The notes under the pieces: model-generated | Seen by the model: only the letters and a program-made list of their open reading frames with translations | Told to the model about the DNA's origin: nothing | The model's database searches: none | Source: Salinivirgaceae bacterium | GTDB taxonomy: Bacteria > Bacteroidota > Bacteroidia > Bacteroidales > SZUA-534 | Direction: 5' to 3' | Assembly: GCA_017474765.1 (NCBI GenBank) | Contig: JAFVGW010000023.1 | Coordinates: 68,606 to 132,605, forward strand | DNA: 64,000 bases | In this document: positions 46,638 to 54,535 of the stretch, in pieces | How the letters are laid out: each line of letters starts with the position of its first letter | Numbering within the stretch: the first letter of the stretch is position 1 | Made by a program: the position numbers and the translations under genes

Positions 46638-46757
46638 AATCTGAAAATTAAGTTTTTATAACTGTTTAAAATCGCGGCAAATATACCTATTGAATTGATA
46701 TGTTGCGAATACCACAGTATAGGTATTTTACGGAGTTTTATATGCTGAATTGCGTCG

Positions 46758-47675
46758 GTGTCTCATTGCGTTTTTATACATTTGCTAAAAAGAACCAGTG
46801 TGCTTTCGATTCTGATACCTACATATAATTGTGCTTGTAATCAGTTAGTTGCGGAATTGTCGCGGCAAGCCGATGCCTTGCATTTGGTTTATGAGATTGT
46901 TGTGGTTGACGATGCTTCGACTGATGCCGATATTGTGCAGAAAAACAGCCAGATAGCAACAATGCCAAATTGCCGTTTTGTTCGGCTCGATGAGCGAATT
47001 GATATTGCCAAAATGCGGAACCGACTGTTGCAAGAGTCTAAATATCAGTGGATTCTGTGTCTCGATGCCGATGTTTTCCCTGCCGATGCCGATTTCTTAA
47101 AGCGCTACGCCGAAGCAATGGGGCAGGCGCGGGTTGTTTGCGGCGGATTGGCTTATCGAAGTGGCAACGAGCAGAATGTCAATCCGTTGCGCTATAAATA
47201 CGGCGTCACTCACGAAGTGCTGACTTTGAAACAGCGGCAAGCCTGTCCGTATAAGAGTTTTAAAACTTCAAACTATCTGATTGATAGCAAATTGGCTCAA
47301 CAAATCCGCTTCGATGAGACGTTTGTGGATTACGGCCACGAAGACACTCTTTTCGGTGAGAAACTGCAGTTGGCCGTCGAGCCGATTCTGCATATTCAAA
47401 ATCCTGTCTATCACGATGATACTGATACCGCCGAACAATTTCTTGAAAAAACGCGCCGTGGAATCGTAAACCTGAAAGCCCACGCCGATGAATTGCGTGG
47501 TTACAGCCAATTATTGCAGACTTATAGCAAGTTACAAAAACTGCATTTGGCAGGCATTGTCTCGTTTAAATTCCAATTGCTGCGCCGCTCGCTTGAGCGT
47601 AACTTGCTGAGCGCCAACCCGTCAGTGCGGCTATTTGGCTTTTACAAGTTGGGGTATCTGTGTTCGCTTGTTTAG
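46758..47675 (+). CDS. Family 2 glycosyltransferase
   Basis: SILIPTYNCACNQLV...VVDDASTD...LDADV motifs (GT-A fold with DxD). The start is uncertain: GTG 46758, or TTG 46782 giving (M)LKRTSVLSILIPTYN. Confidence 0.7.
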   Translation: MSHCVFIHLLKRTSVLSILIPTYNCACNQLVAELSRQADALHLVYEIVVVDDASTDADIVQKNSQIATMPNCRFVRLDERIDIAKMRNRLLQESKYQWILCLDADVFPADADFLKRYAEAMGQARVVCGGLAYRSGNEQNVNPLRYKYGVTHEVLTLKQRQACPYKSFKTSNYLIDSKLAQQIRFDETFVDYGHEDTLFGEKLQLAVEPILHIQNPVYHDDTDTAEQFLEKTRRGIVNLKAHADELRGYSQLLQTYSKLQKLHLAGIVSFKFQLLRRSLERNLLSANPSVRLFGFYKLGYLCSLV

Positions 47676-47767
47676 AAGAATGTCAGTGAAACCTCTAACT
47701 TTCGGCTGACAATTCTCGCTTTCTCTGTTTTTTCTGCCTACTTTTGCACGTCTTAAAACAAGATGCA

Positions 47768-49000
47768 ATGGATAATGCCGATATAAAACTGAACACGATT
47801 CCAGAAGCCATTGAGGCTATCAAACGTGGTGATTTTGTGATAGTTGTGGATGATGAAGACCGCGAGAACGAAGGCGATTTTGTGATTGCCGCCGAAAAAA
47901 TCACCCCCGAAAAGGTGAATTTTATGCTGAAAAACGGCCGCGGACTGCTCTGCGCGCCCATCACCATCGACCGTTGCGCCGAGTTGGAACTCAACCATAT
48001 GGTCGATAACAACACATCGATTTTGGGCACACCGTTCACCGTGTCGGTTGACAAGATAGAAGGCTGTACCACAGGCGTTTCCGCTGCCGACCGTGCCGCC
48101 ACCATCCGTGCTTTGGCCGACCCCGAATCGAAACCGTCAACCTTTGCGCGCCCAGGCCACATCAATCCGCTTTACGCTCAAAACAAGGGCGTTATCCGTC
48201 GTGCGGGACACACCGAAGCGGCCGTTGATTTGGCCCGACTTGCAGGACTTCATCCCGCCGCCGCACTCATCGAGATTATGAACGAAGACGGCACAATGGC
48301 GCGGATGGAACAGTTGCAGGTGATTGCTAAAGAATTTAATCTCAATATAATAACCATCAAAGACCTGATTGCCTACCGCCTGAAGCAGGACACGCTCATT
48401 GAGCGCGGCCCCGAAGTGCATCTGCCGACGGCTTACGGCGATTTCCGTCTGATTCCGTTCCTTCAGAAGTCGAACAACAAAGAGCATATCGCCTTGATTA
48501 AGGGCTCGTGGGAAAAGGATGAGCCGATTCTGGTTCGCGTCCACTCATCGTGTATGACGGGCGACATTTTCGGCTCGATGCGCTGCGAGTGCGGCGAGCA
48601 ACTGCACAAGGCAATGCAAACCATCGATAAAGAAGGCAAAGGCGTCATTATCTATATGAATCAGGAAGGGCGCGGCATTGGGCTGATGGCTAAAATCAAG
48701 GCCTACGAGTTGCAGGAGCACGGCTACGACACCGTCGATGCCAACATCCACCTGGGTTTCGACGCCGATGAGCGCGATTATGGGGTGGGGGCGAGCATTC
48801 TGCGTGAGTTGGGCGTGAGCAAGATGCGCCTGATGACTAACAATCCCGTGAAGCGCATCGGACTTGAAGCCTACGGGCTCGAAGTGGTTGAGAATGTGCC
48901 AATTGAGATTGAGCCGAACAAATACAACGAGTTCTATATGCGCACCAAAAAAGAGCGTATGGGACACACTCTCAGGCTGATACACTGCAACAACAAATAA
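47768..49000 (+). CDS. ribBA: Bifunctional 3,4-dihydroxy-2-butanone-4-phosphate synthase / GTP cyclohydrolase II
   Basis: ATG 47768 ([37 protein letters not shown]). Also [35 protein letters not shown] and NQEGRGIGL. Confidence 0.95.
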   Translation: MDNADIKLNTIPEAIEAIKRGDFVIVVDDEDRENEGDFVIAAEKITPEKVNFMLKNGRGLLCAPITIDRCAELELNHMVDNNTSILGTPFTVSVDKIEGCTTGVSAADRAATIRALADPESKPSTFARPGHINPLYAQNKGVIRRAGHTEAAVDLARLAGLHPAAALIEIMNEDGTMARMEQLQVIAKEFNLNIITIKDLIAYRLKQDTLIERGPEVHLPTAYGDFRLIPFLQKSNNKEHIALIKGSWEKDEPILVRVHSSCMTGDIFGSMRCECGEQLHKAMQTIDKEGKGVIIYMNQEGRGIGLMAKIKAYELQEHGYDTVDANIHLGFDADERDYGVGASILRELGVSKMRLMTNNPVKRIGLEAYGLEVVENVPIEIEPNKYNEFYMRTKKERMGHTLRLIHCNNK

Positions 49001-49009
49001 TCGCACACA

Positions 49010-49606
49010 ATGAAAACCGTATGCGTTTTTTGTGCGTCGAATCGTGGCTCAAATGCTGAATATGAGCGCGTTGCCGCCGAATTTGGCGCATTGCTTGCCG
49101 CGCGCGGCTTGGATTTGGTTTACGGCGGCGCCAACGTTGGGCTGATGCGCTGCGTGGCCGAAGCCGCAATGGCAGGCGGCAGCAGGGTGACGGGCGTCAT
49201 CACAGAATTTCTGGCTGGCCGCGAACTGGCGCAGTCTGGATTGGCCAAGATGCTCACCGTGAGCACAATGCAGGAACGCAAGGCCACAATGGAACGCCTT
49301 TCGGACGGTTTTGTGGTTCTGCCTGGCGGCTTCGGCACAATGGACGAGATGTTCGAAATCTTGTCGGGCGGACAGTTAGGCTTCCATAAAAAGCCGATTG
49401 TCGTGCTGAATATCAACGGATTCTACAATCACTTGAAGGCTCAACTTGAGTTTATGGTCAGCGAGAAGATGCTTTTGCCGCAGCACGCCGCAATGGTGCA
49501 GTTTGCCGACACTCCCGCCGAAGCCATCGACCAATTATTCGGCTATTCCGCGCCCGTGGTGGGGAAGTGGATTGATGACATCCGCCGCGACAACGGTCTC
49601 GCCTAA
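49010..49606 (+). CDS. LOG family / TIGR00730 Rossmann-fold nucleotide-binding protein
   Basis: VCVFCASN, VYGGANVGLM and the PGGFGTMDE motif. Starts 9 nt after ribBA. Confidence 0.85.
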   Translation: MKTVCVFCASNRGSNAEYERVAAEFGALLAARGLDLVYGGANVGLMRCVAEAAMAGGSRVTGVITEFLAGRELAQSGLAKMLTVSTMQERKATMERLSDGFVVLPGGFGTMDEMFEILSGGQLGFHKKPIVVLNINGFYNHLKAQLEFMVSEKMLLPQHAAMVQFADTPAEAIDQLFGYSAPVVGKWIDDIRRDNGLA

Positions 49607-49831
49607 GGCAGATTTAATTGCCGACCATTCGACTTTCTGTCGTCCGCTTAAAAAATCCTAATGATTTCGACTTGATTTTGTTGAAAAAGATTGGTAAAAA
49701 ATCGGTCTGTATATCAATTGGTTATCCCCATATAGGTATAAATACCTATTGACAAAAAATGGCGTTTTGGGTATGTTTGCACCGCTTTTTCAGGAAAAAA
49801 GCAAGGTTTTGTCTAATATAAATTAATTGCT

Positions 49832-50302
49832 ATGACAGAAAGAAGAAGAATTTTAGCCGTTGCCGCAGCGCTGCTTTGCGCGGGCATGGCCAGTGCCCAA
49901 ACCACAGTTGCCGCAGCGGGCGGCGAGGCGGGTGCGGTGAGTTTCACCGTTGGGCAGCCGTTCTACCAGACTGCAACATCCGACGCGGGCAGCCTTACCG
50001 CAGGTGTTCAGCAGGCTTACACCATCAGCGTTGTCGATGGTATCGAGAACACGCAGATTAAACTCGAGGCCGAGGTTTACCCCAACCCAGTGACCGACCG
50101 CCTGACTCTCAGCGTTGTTGATGCCAGCGACTCCAACCTCCATTACACGCTCACCGACAACAACAGCCGAACACTCGCGACTGCCGACATTGCCGATGCG
50201 CAGACCTCAATCGACATGACACGCTACGTGCAAGGCGTTTATTTCCTGCGCGTTGACGATGGCGAGAGAGTGGTGAAAACGTTTAAGATTGTGAAGAATT
50301 GA
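49832..50302 (+). CDS. Small T9SS type A sorting-domain protein (156 aa)
   Basis: Signal peptide. Short N-module GGEAGAVSFTVGQPFYQTATSDAGSLTAGVQQAYTISVV. CTD EVYPNPVTDRLTLSV...GVYFLRVDDGERVVKTFKIVKN. Confidence 0.85.
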   Translation: MTERRRILAVAAALLCAGMASAQTTVAAAGGEAGAVSFTVGQPFYQTATSDAGSLTAGVQQAYTISVVDGIENTQIKLEAEVYPNPVTDRLTLSVVDASDSNLHYTLTDNNSRTLATADIADAQTSIDMTRYVQGVYFLRVDDGERVVKTFKIVKN

Positions 50303-50536
50303 GATTTAGGCACTAGGCATTAGGCACTAGGTGTTAGGTGTTAGTGGATTTGGAATTACGAATTTCGAACATGAATCATTACACATTATTCAAAGGCACT
50401 AGGCATTAGGCATTAGGTAAAGGAAGTTGAGGAAGTTGAGAAAGGTTGAGATGGTTTAGATAGTATCTAAACAGCGAAGCGACTCACCTTTTAGACGATT
50501 CACCAATTCACCGATTAAACATTTAAACAACATAAA
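50300..50536. repeat. Intergenic short-word tandem-repeat mosaic (locus B, homologous in block order to locus A)
   Basis: It shares with locus A the 19-mer ttaggcactaggcattagg (50306-50324; 1202-1220), aggtgttaggtgtt, ggttgag repeats, the 16-mer tctaaacagcgaagcg (50466-50481; 1307-1322), gattcacc repeats and taaac words, all in the same order. Confidence 0.85.
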
Positions 50537-50560
50537 ATGAACTTTTTAATTTTTAAAAAC

Positions 50561-53500
50561 ATGAGAAAATTTACAACAATCGTTGCCGCCTTGTTATTGT
50601 CGGTGGCAACATTCGCCCAAGCCCCGCAGGGCTTCAGTTATCAGGCTGTTGTGCGCGATGCGCAGAACGCCATAGTTGCTAATCAGGAGGTTGACGTCAC
50701 GCTCACCATCACGGCCGAGATTGACGGTGTGGCCCTTCAGACCTACACCGAGAAGCACTCAGTGACAACCAACGCCAACGGTTTGCTGACTCTGGTTGTT
50801 GGCCAGGGCGAGAGCAGCCAGAAACTCTCCGACATTAAATGGAACCTGCCCAACGCCATCTACAACATGCGCACCGAGACCAAGTATGGCGCAGCCACCA
50901 CTCAACTCCTGAGCGTGCCCTTTGCCATGTATGCCGAGCAGGCTGGCGACATCGATGTCAATCAACTGGCTAAAAAGTTGAACAGCAGCGATGTGCAGGC
51001 TCTTCTGGGTTTGGTGAGAGCCGAGGATTTGGAAGAGATAAGAAAATATATCAACGACTCGCTGGCCGCCTACGGCAACACCTACATCAAGAAAACCGAT
51101 GTCAACGTGCTGACAAACAACTATGTAACCAAAGAAGTGTTTGAAAATTACGTTGTCAGCGGTGGCAATCCCGAGGCGGTTGACCTCACCGTTTATGCCA
51201 AAAATGCTGACGTTGAGAAGACTTACGCCAAGAAAGATGACGTTGAGAAGACTTACGCCAAAAAAGATGACATCAGGAAATTCACCACAATGCGCGATGT
51301 TAAGGACACCGTTGGCTTCTACTATGCAAAGAAGGCCGACCTTGACCAATATGCTCCATTCAGATATGTTGCCGACACATTCGATTATATCCGCAGTTCT
51401 TACGCTCCGAAAGAGTACGTTTCGAAGAACTACGTGACCAAAGAGGCCTTCGACAACTATGTTTTGAGCGGCGGCCAAACCGAATCGGTTGACCTCACCG
51501 TTTACGCCAAAAGCGCCGACGTTGAGAAAACTTACGCCAAGAAGGCCGACATTCCAAGTTTGAGCGGCTATGCGCTCAAGTCTGATATTCCGACAATGCC
51601 CACCGTTCCAACCAAAGTGTCTGAATTGCAGAACGATGCCAATTATCTGACATCTCACCAGGATATTAGCGGCAAACAAGATGTTATCGACGACCTTGAC
51701 GACATCCGCAGCGGCGCAGCCCTTGGCGCAACGGCTTTGCAGAGCCATCAGGATATTAGTGGCAAAGCCAACAAGAACGAAATGAGTATAACTCCAGGAG
51801 CCAATGCTGGCACTGCTGTTATCAAACTCCAAGACAATATGCAGGAAACCGTGCTGACTGCCCACCAATCGCTTGAGGGCTACTACTCAAAAGCCGATGT
51901 TGACAGCAAAATCAATGCGTTTAGCGAAGATTTGTTAACAGGAAACTATGCTCTGAAAGATGAGATTGACGGCCCACACGACTACGTTGACCTTGGCTTG
52001 CCAAGTCATACACTTTGGGCAACCTGCAACGTTGGCGCAACTGAACCGCAACAGGCTGGTGACTATTACGGTTGGGGCCAAACAGAGGTGCCAGAAAATC
52101 TGGATTACTCATCTTGGACGTTTTTTGTTGGCTCTTTTCCTCGTGAGAACGATGCTGCCGCTGTTCATTTTGGCGGATTATGGGAAACGCCGTCGGCTGA
52201 CCAGTGGCAGGAACTGTTTGACAACTGTTTGTTCGAAAATGTTACCGATTATGCGGGAACAGGGCAGAAGGGTTTGATAGTGTATATGGCCAAAAATGCC
52301 AGCGACAGGGGTAAGACAAAAAGCGATTCTTACACACCATCTGCTGATTATTCTTTGACCGATGTTCATATATTTCTGCCAAAAGTTGGTATTTACGATA
52401 GGAATTCATATACCAGTACTACCCACGTATATTTAACTAAAAGTTCGTATAAGTCTGGTCACACTGAAAGATATATTGGAGCCGTAATTACTAATTCAAG
52501 AAGTGTCGCTACTGCATTTATGGGTGGCGGTTATCCTGTCCGCCCAGTCCGCAACAATGCAACACCTGCCACCCTTTCCGATTTTTCCGACTATTACACC
52601 AAGACTCAATCTGACGGTCGCTATGTTTTGAAAACCGACGCTTACACCAAAACAGAATCCGACAACCGTTACGTTCTGAAAGAAAAGGTTTACACCAAGG
52701 CTGAAGTTGATGCCATTGTAAGTGAGAAAATAGGATTCTTGCGCATGGAAGGTGAAATTGAGGGCAAATTCTCGGTATCAGCAAGTAAGAAAGTTGCGTT
52801 TTCGCAAGGTAATTTGCAATATAAGAGAAATGGCAGTTCGAATATGTGGCGTTTTGCCGAATATCAGTATGAAACAACCGAAAAGCCAAATCGAAATTCG
52901 TATTATAATTCCTATTATCAGACTGATAGTGATGGTTGGACCGATTTGTTCTGCTGGGGAACAAGTGGGTGGAATGGAAGTGGTTTCACTTATTATTCGC
53001 CACATCAACTCTATTTCGACCAATTCCCGCAAACTGCAACATCTGGTCCTAACTATACGGCGTTCAATATCAATAGTAATTCAGCCACACCTTTGGCAGG
53101 AACAAAAGCCGATTGGGGAGTGTACAACGCAATCAGCAATGGTGAAAACAAAGCAGGTGTATGGCGTACGCTTACAAGTGACGAATGGTTATATTTGCTC
53201 AACACCCGTACTGATGCAGCAAAGAAACGTTTCAAGGTTGAAATAAGTTTGCCAAACGACTCACCAGTTCCTTCTAATAGCAACAGAAAAGTTCCAGGCA
53301 TATTGCTTTTGCCCGATGATTTTGATATTACCATCGATGACCCCAAAACATCAGTTGATGACAAGTTGCGCAATGTCATGGGAACAGACGATAGAGCCTT
53401 GGTTACAGAAGAAAATTTGGAATATCTTGAATCAAATTATGGTGTTGTATTCCTTCCTGATTGGAATGGTATAGGTCGTCTTACCAAGCACTATGAAAAC

Positions 53501-53701
53501 AATGTCGGCCTTATGTTTGTAATGACCAACGAAACTTTCATGACAACCTTGGGCAAAGGTGTATATTGGACAGCGACACCAAGCGACAATTATGCTTATG
53601 TTTTCGATCCTTCGGAATCTAATACAGAAACAATGGAACTGGAAACATCTCAACGAAACTTCTTCTTCTTTGTCCGTCTTGTTAGGGATATAAAATTCTA
53701 A
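50561..53701 (+). CDS. Large secreted repeat protein: tail-fibre-like N-module and peptide repeats plus two domains ending V-R-x-V-R (FISUMP-like)
   Basis: ATG 50561 (MRKFTTIVAALLLSVATFAQAPQ). N-module GFSYQAVVRDAQNAIVANQEVDVTLTI...TNANGLLTLVVGQGE. Repeats DVEKTYAKKD, SHQDISGK and YTKTxSDxRYVLK. DLGLPSHTLWATCNVGA...YYGWGQTE. Domain ends GYPVRPVRNN and FVRLVRDIKF. Confidence 0.65.
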   Translation: MRKFTTIVAALLLSVATFAQAPQGFSYQAVVRDAQNAIVANQEVDVTLTITAEIDGVALQTYTEKHSVTTNANGLLTLVVGQGESSQKLSDIKWNLPNAIYNMRTETKYGAATTQLLSVPFAMYAEQAGDIDVNQLAKKLNSSDVQALLGLVRAEDLEEIRKYINDSLAAYGNTYIKKTDVNVLTNNYVTKEVFENYVVSGGNPEAVDLTVYAKNADVEKTYAKKDDVEKTYAKKDDIRKFTTMRDVKDTVGFYYAKKADLDQYAPFRYVADTFDYIRSSYAPKEYVSKNYVTKEAFDNYVLSGGQTESVDLTVYAKSADVEKTYAKKADIPSLSGYALKSDIPTMPTVPTKVSELQNDANYLTSHQDISGKQDVIDDLDDIRSGAALGATALQSHQDISGKANKNEMSITPGANAGTAVIKLQDNMQETVLTAHQSLEGYYSKADVDSKINAFSEDLLTGNYALKDEIDGPHDYVDLGLPSHTLWATCNVGATEPQQAGDYYGWGQTEVPENLDYSSWTFFVGSFPRENDAAAVHFGGLWETPSADQWQELFDNCLFENVTDYAGTGQKGLIVYMAKNASDRGKTKSDSYTPSADYSLTDVHIFLPKVGIYDRNSYTSTTHVYLTKSSYKSGHTERYIGAVITNSRSVATAFMGGGYPVRPVRNNATPATLSDFSDYYTKTQSDGRYVLKTDAYTKTESDNRYVLKEKVYTKAEVDAIVSEKIGFLRMEGEIEGKFSVSASKKVAFSQGNLQYKRNGSSNMWRFAEYQYETTEKPNRNSYYNSYYQTDSDGWTDLFCWGTSGWNGSGFTYYSPHQLYFDQFPQTATSGPNYTAFNINSNSATPLAGTKADWGVYNAISNGENKAGVWRTLTSDEWLYLLNTRTDAAKKRFKVEISLPNDSPVPSNSNRKVPGILLLPDDFDITIDDPKTSVDDKLRNVMGTDDRALVTEENLEYLESNYGVVFLPDWNGIGRLTKHYENNVGLMFVMTNETFMTTLGKGVYWTATPSDNYAYVFDPSESNTETMELETSQRNFFFFVRLVRDIKF
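51209..51268 (+). repeat. 30-nt tandem coding duplication (DVEKTYAKKD x2)
   Basis: gacgttgagaagacttacgccaagaaagat is followed by gacgttgagaagacttacgccaaaaaagat (one mismatch). Confidence 0.9.
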
Positions 53702-53723
53702 TATTTCTCATAGGCGCATAATA

Positions 53724-53773
53724 AACACCCCCTTCCTTGTCCGCATCGGCAGGGAAGGGGGTGTTGTTTTTTT
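53724..53773 (+). terminator. Strong rho-independent terminator
   Basis: aacacccccttcc...ggaagggggtgtt (at least 12-bp GC-rich stem), followed by gttttttt. Confidence 0.8.
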
Positions 53774-53813
53774 GTGGCGGCAAAGGTGTTTGGGGGGAAT
53801 TTTTTGTATTCTC

Positions 53814-53872
53814 GCCTTCAGTCCTTCAATCCCTCAATCCTTCAATCCTTCAATCCCTCAATCCTTCAATCA
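53814..53872. repeat. 8-nt tandem repeat tccYtcaa x6-7 starting at the lolA-like stop codon (locus E)
   Basis: Six exact-period units run from 53822 to 53869, plus a degenerate unit gccttcag. The next unit begins with tca, which is the TGA stop of the minus-strand gene. Confidence 0.9.
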
Positions 53873-54535
53873 GTCTCTCATATCAATAATCTCAACGCCA
53901 GGGTGCTTTTTCGCGTCGAAATTCAGTTGTGATTCGTCAATTTTCTGATTGACATCGAATTTTGAAAGAGTGAGCGTGTAGCGCGTGCCGTCTTTCTGAA
54001 AGCACTTGATTTGGTATAGATTGTAATCTTGTGTGAACCAGTATCTTATCTTGAAATATGGCTTTTTGATGTTTTCGGGAGCCAGTTCCACCACAAGCAT
54101 GGTCTTGCCGTCAATGGTTTCATTGTCGTTCAGCAGATATTTGAATCCTTCGCGGTAAATTGTGTATAGCGACATCGGGTCCGAAAGGAATTTCTCTTCG
54201 GGGGCATCATCGTCGGAAAGTTCGATGGGCGAGATGGTAACCTCGTTGCTTTCAGGCAGATACACCCAACGGCACTTGCCATCGCAGAATGTTGTGGTGT
54301 TGTCGACATCCATGCGGAATTTGTTGCCTTTGATTATCAGGCTGCCGCTGTAGTTCTCGTTTTTTTCTTCGGCCAGATTTTCGAAATGATAGTCAAAATC
54401 GATGCTTATGTTCTTGTACGACTGAACTTTACTTGCGGCCTTGTCGAGCACTTTTTTTGCTTCGGGGTCTTTTTGCGCAAAGCAGTTTGCGGTGGCCAGA
54501 GCCAATAATATGAGGAGTATCTTTTTCATTTTCAA
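53870..54535 (-). CDS. LolA-like outer-membrane lipoprotein carrier family protein
   Basis: Signal peptide MKMKKILLILLALATANCFAQ. About 220 aa of beta-rich protein. The 4-nt overlap downstream of ftsK is the usual Bacteroidota ftsK-lolA arrangement. Confidence 0.7.
   Translation of the reverse strand: MKMKKILLILLALATANCFAQKDPEAKKVLDKAASKVQSYKNISIDFDYHFENLAEEKNENYSGSLIIKGNKFRMDVDNTTTFCDGKCRWVYLPESNEVTISPIELSDDDAPEEKFLSDPMSLYTIYREGFKYLLNDNETIDGKTMLVVELAPENIKKPYFKIRYWFTQDYNLYQIKCFQKDGTRYTLTLSKFDVNQKIDESQLNFDAKKHPGVEIIDMRD

Noticed and set aside
47676-47767. Possible FMN riboswitch upstream of ribBA
   Set aside because: The gap is only about 90 nt. It lacks the conserved RFN core strings I would expect (e.g. 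the GGATAGTGAAAG-type / ACCGGCGGT-type segments). It is too short for the six-stem element.
50759-51868. 369-aa ORF on the minus strand
   Set aside because: It is antisense to the repeat region of the tail-fibre-like gene. Its periodic composition mirrors the sense-strand repeats.
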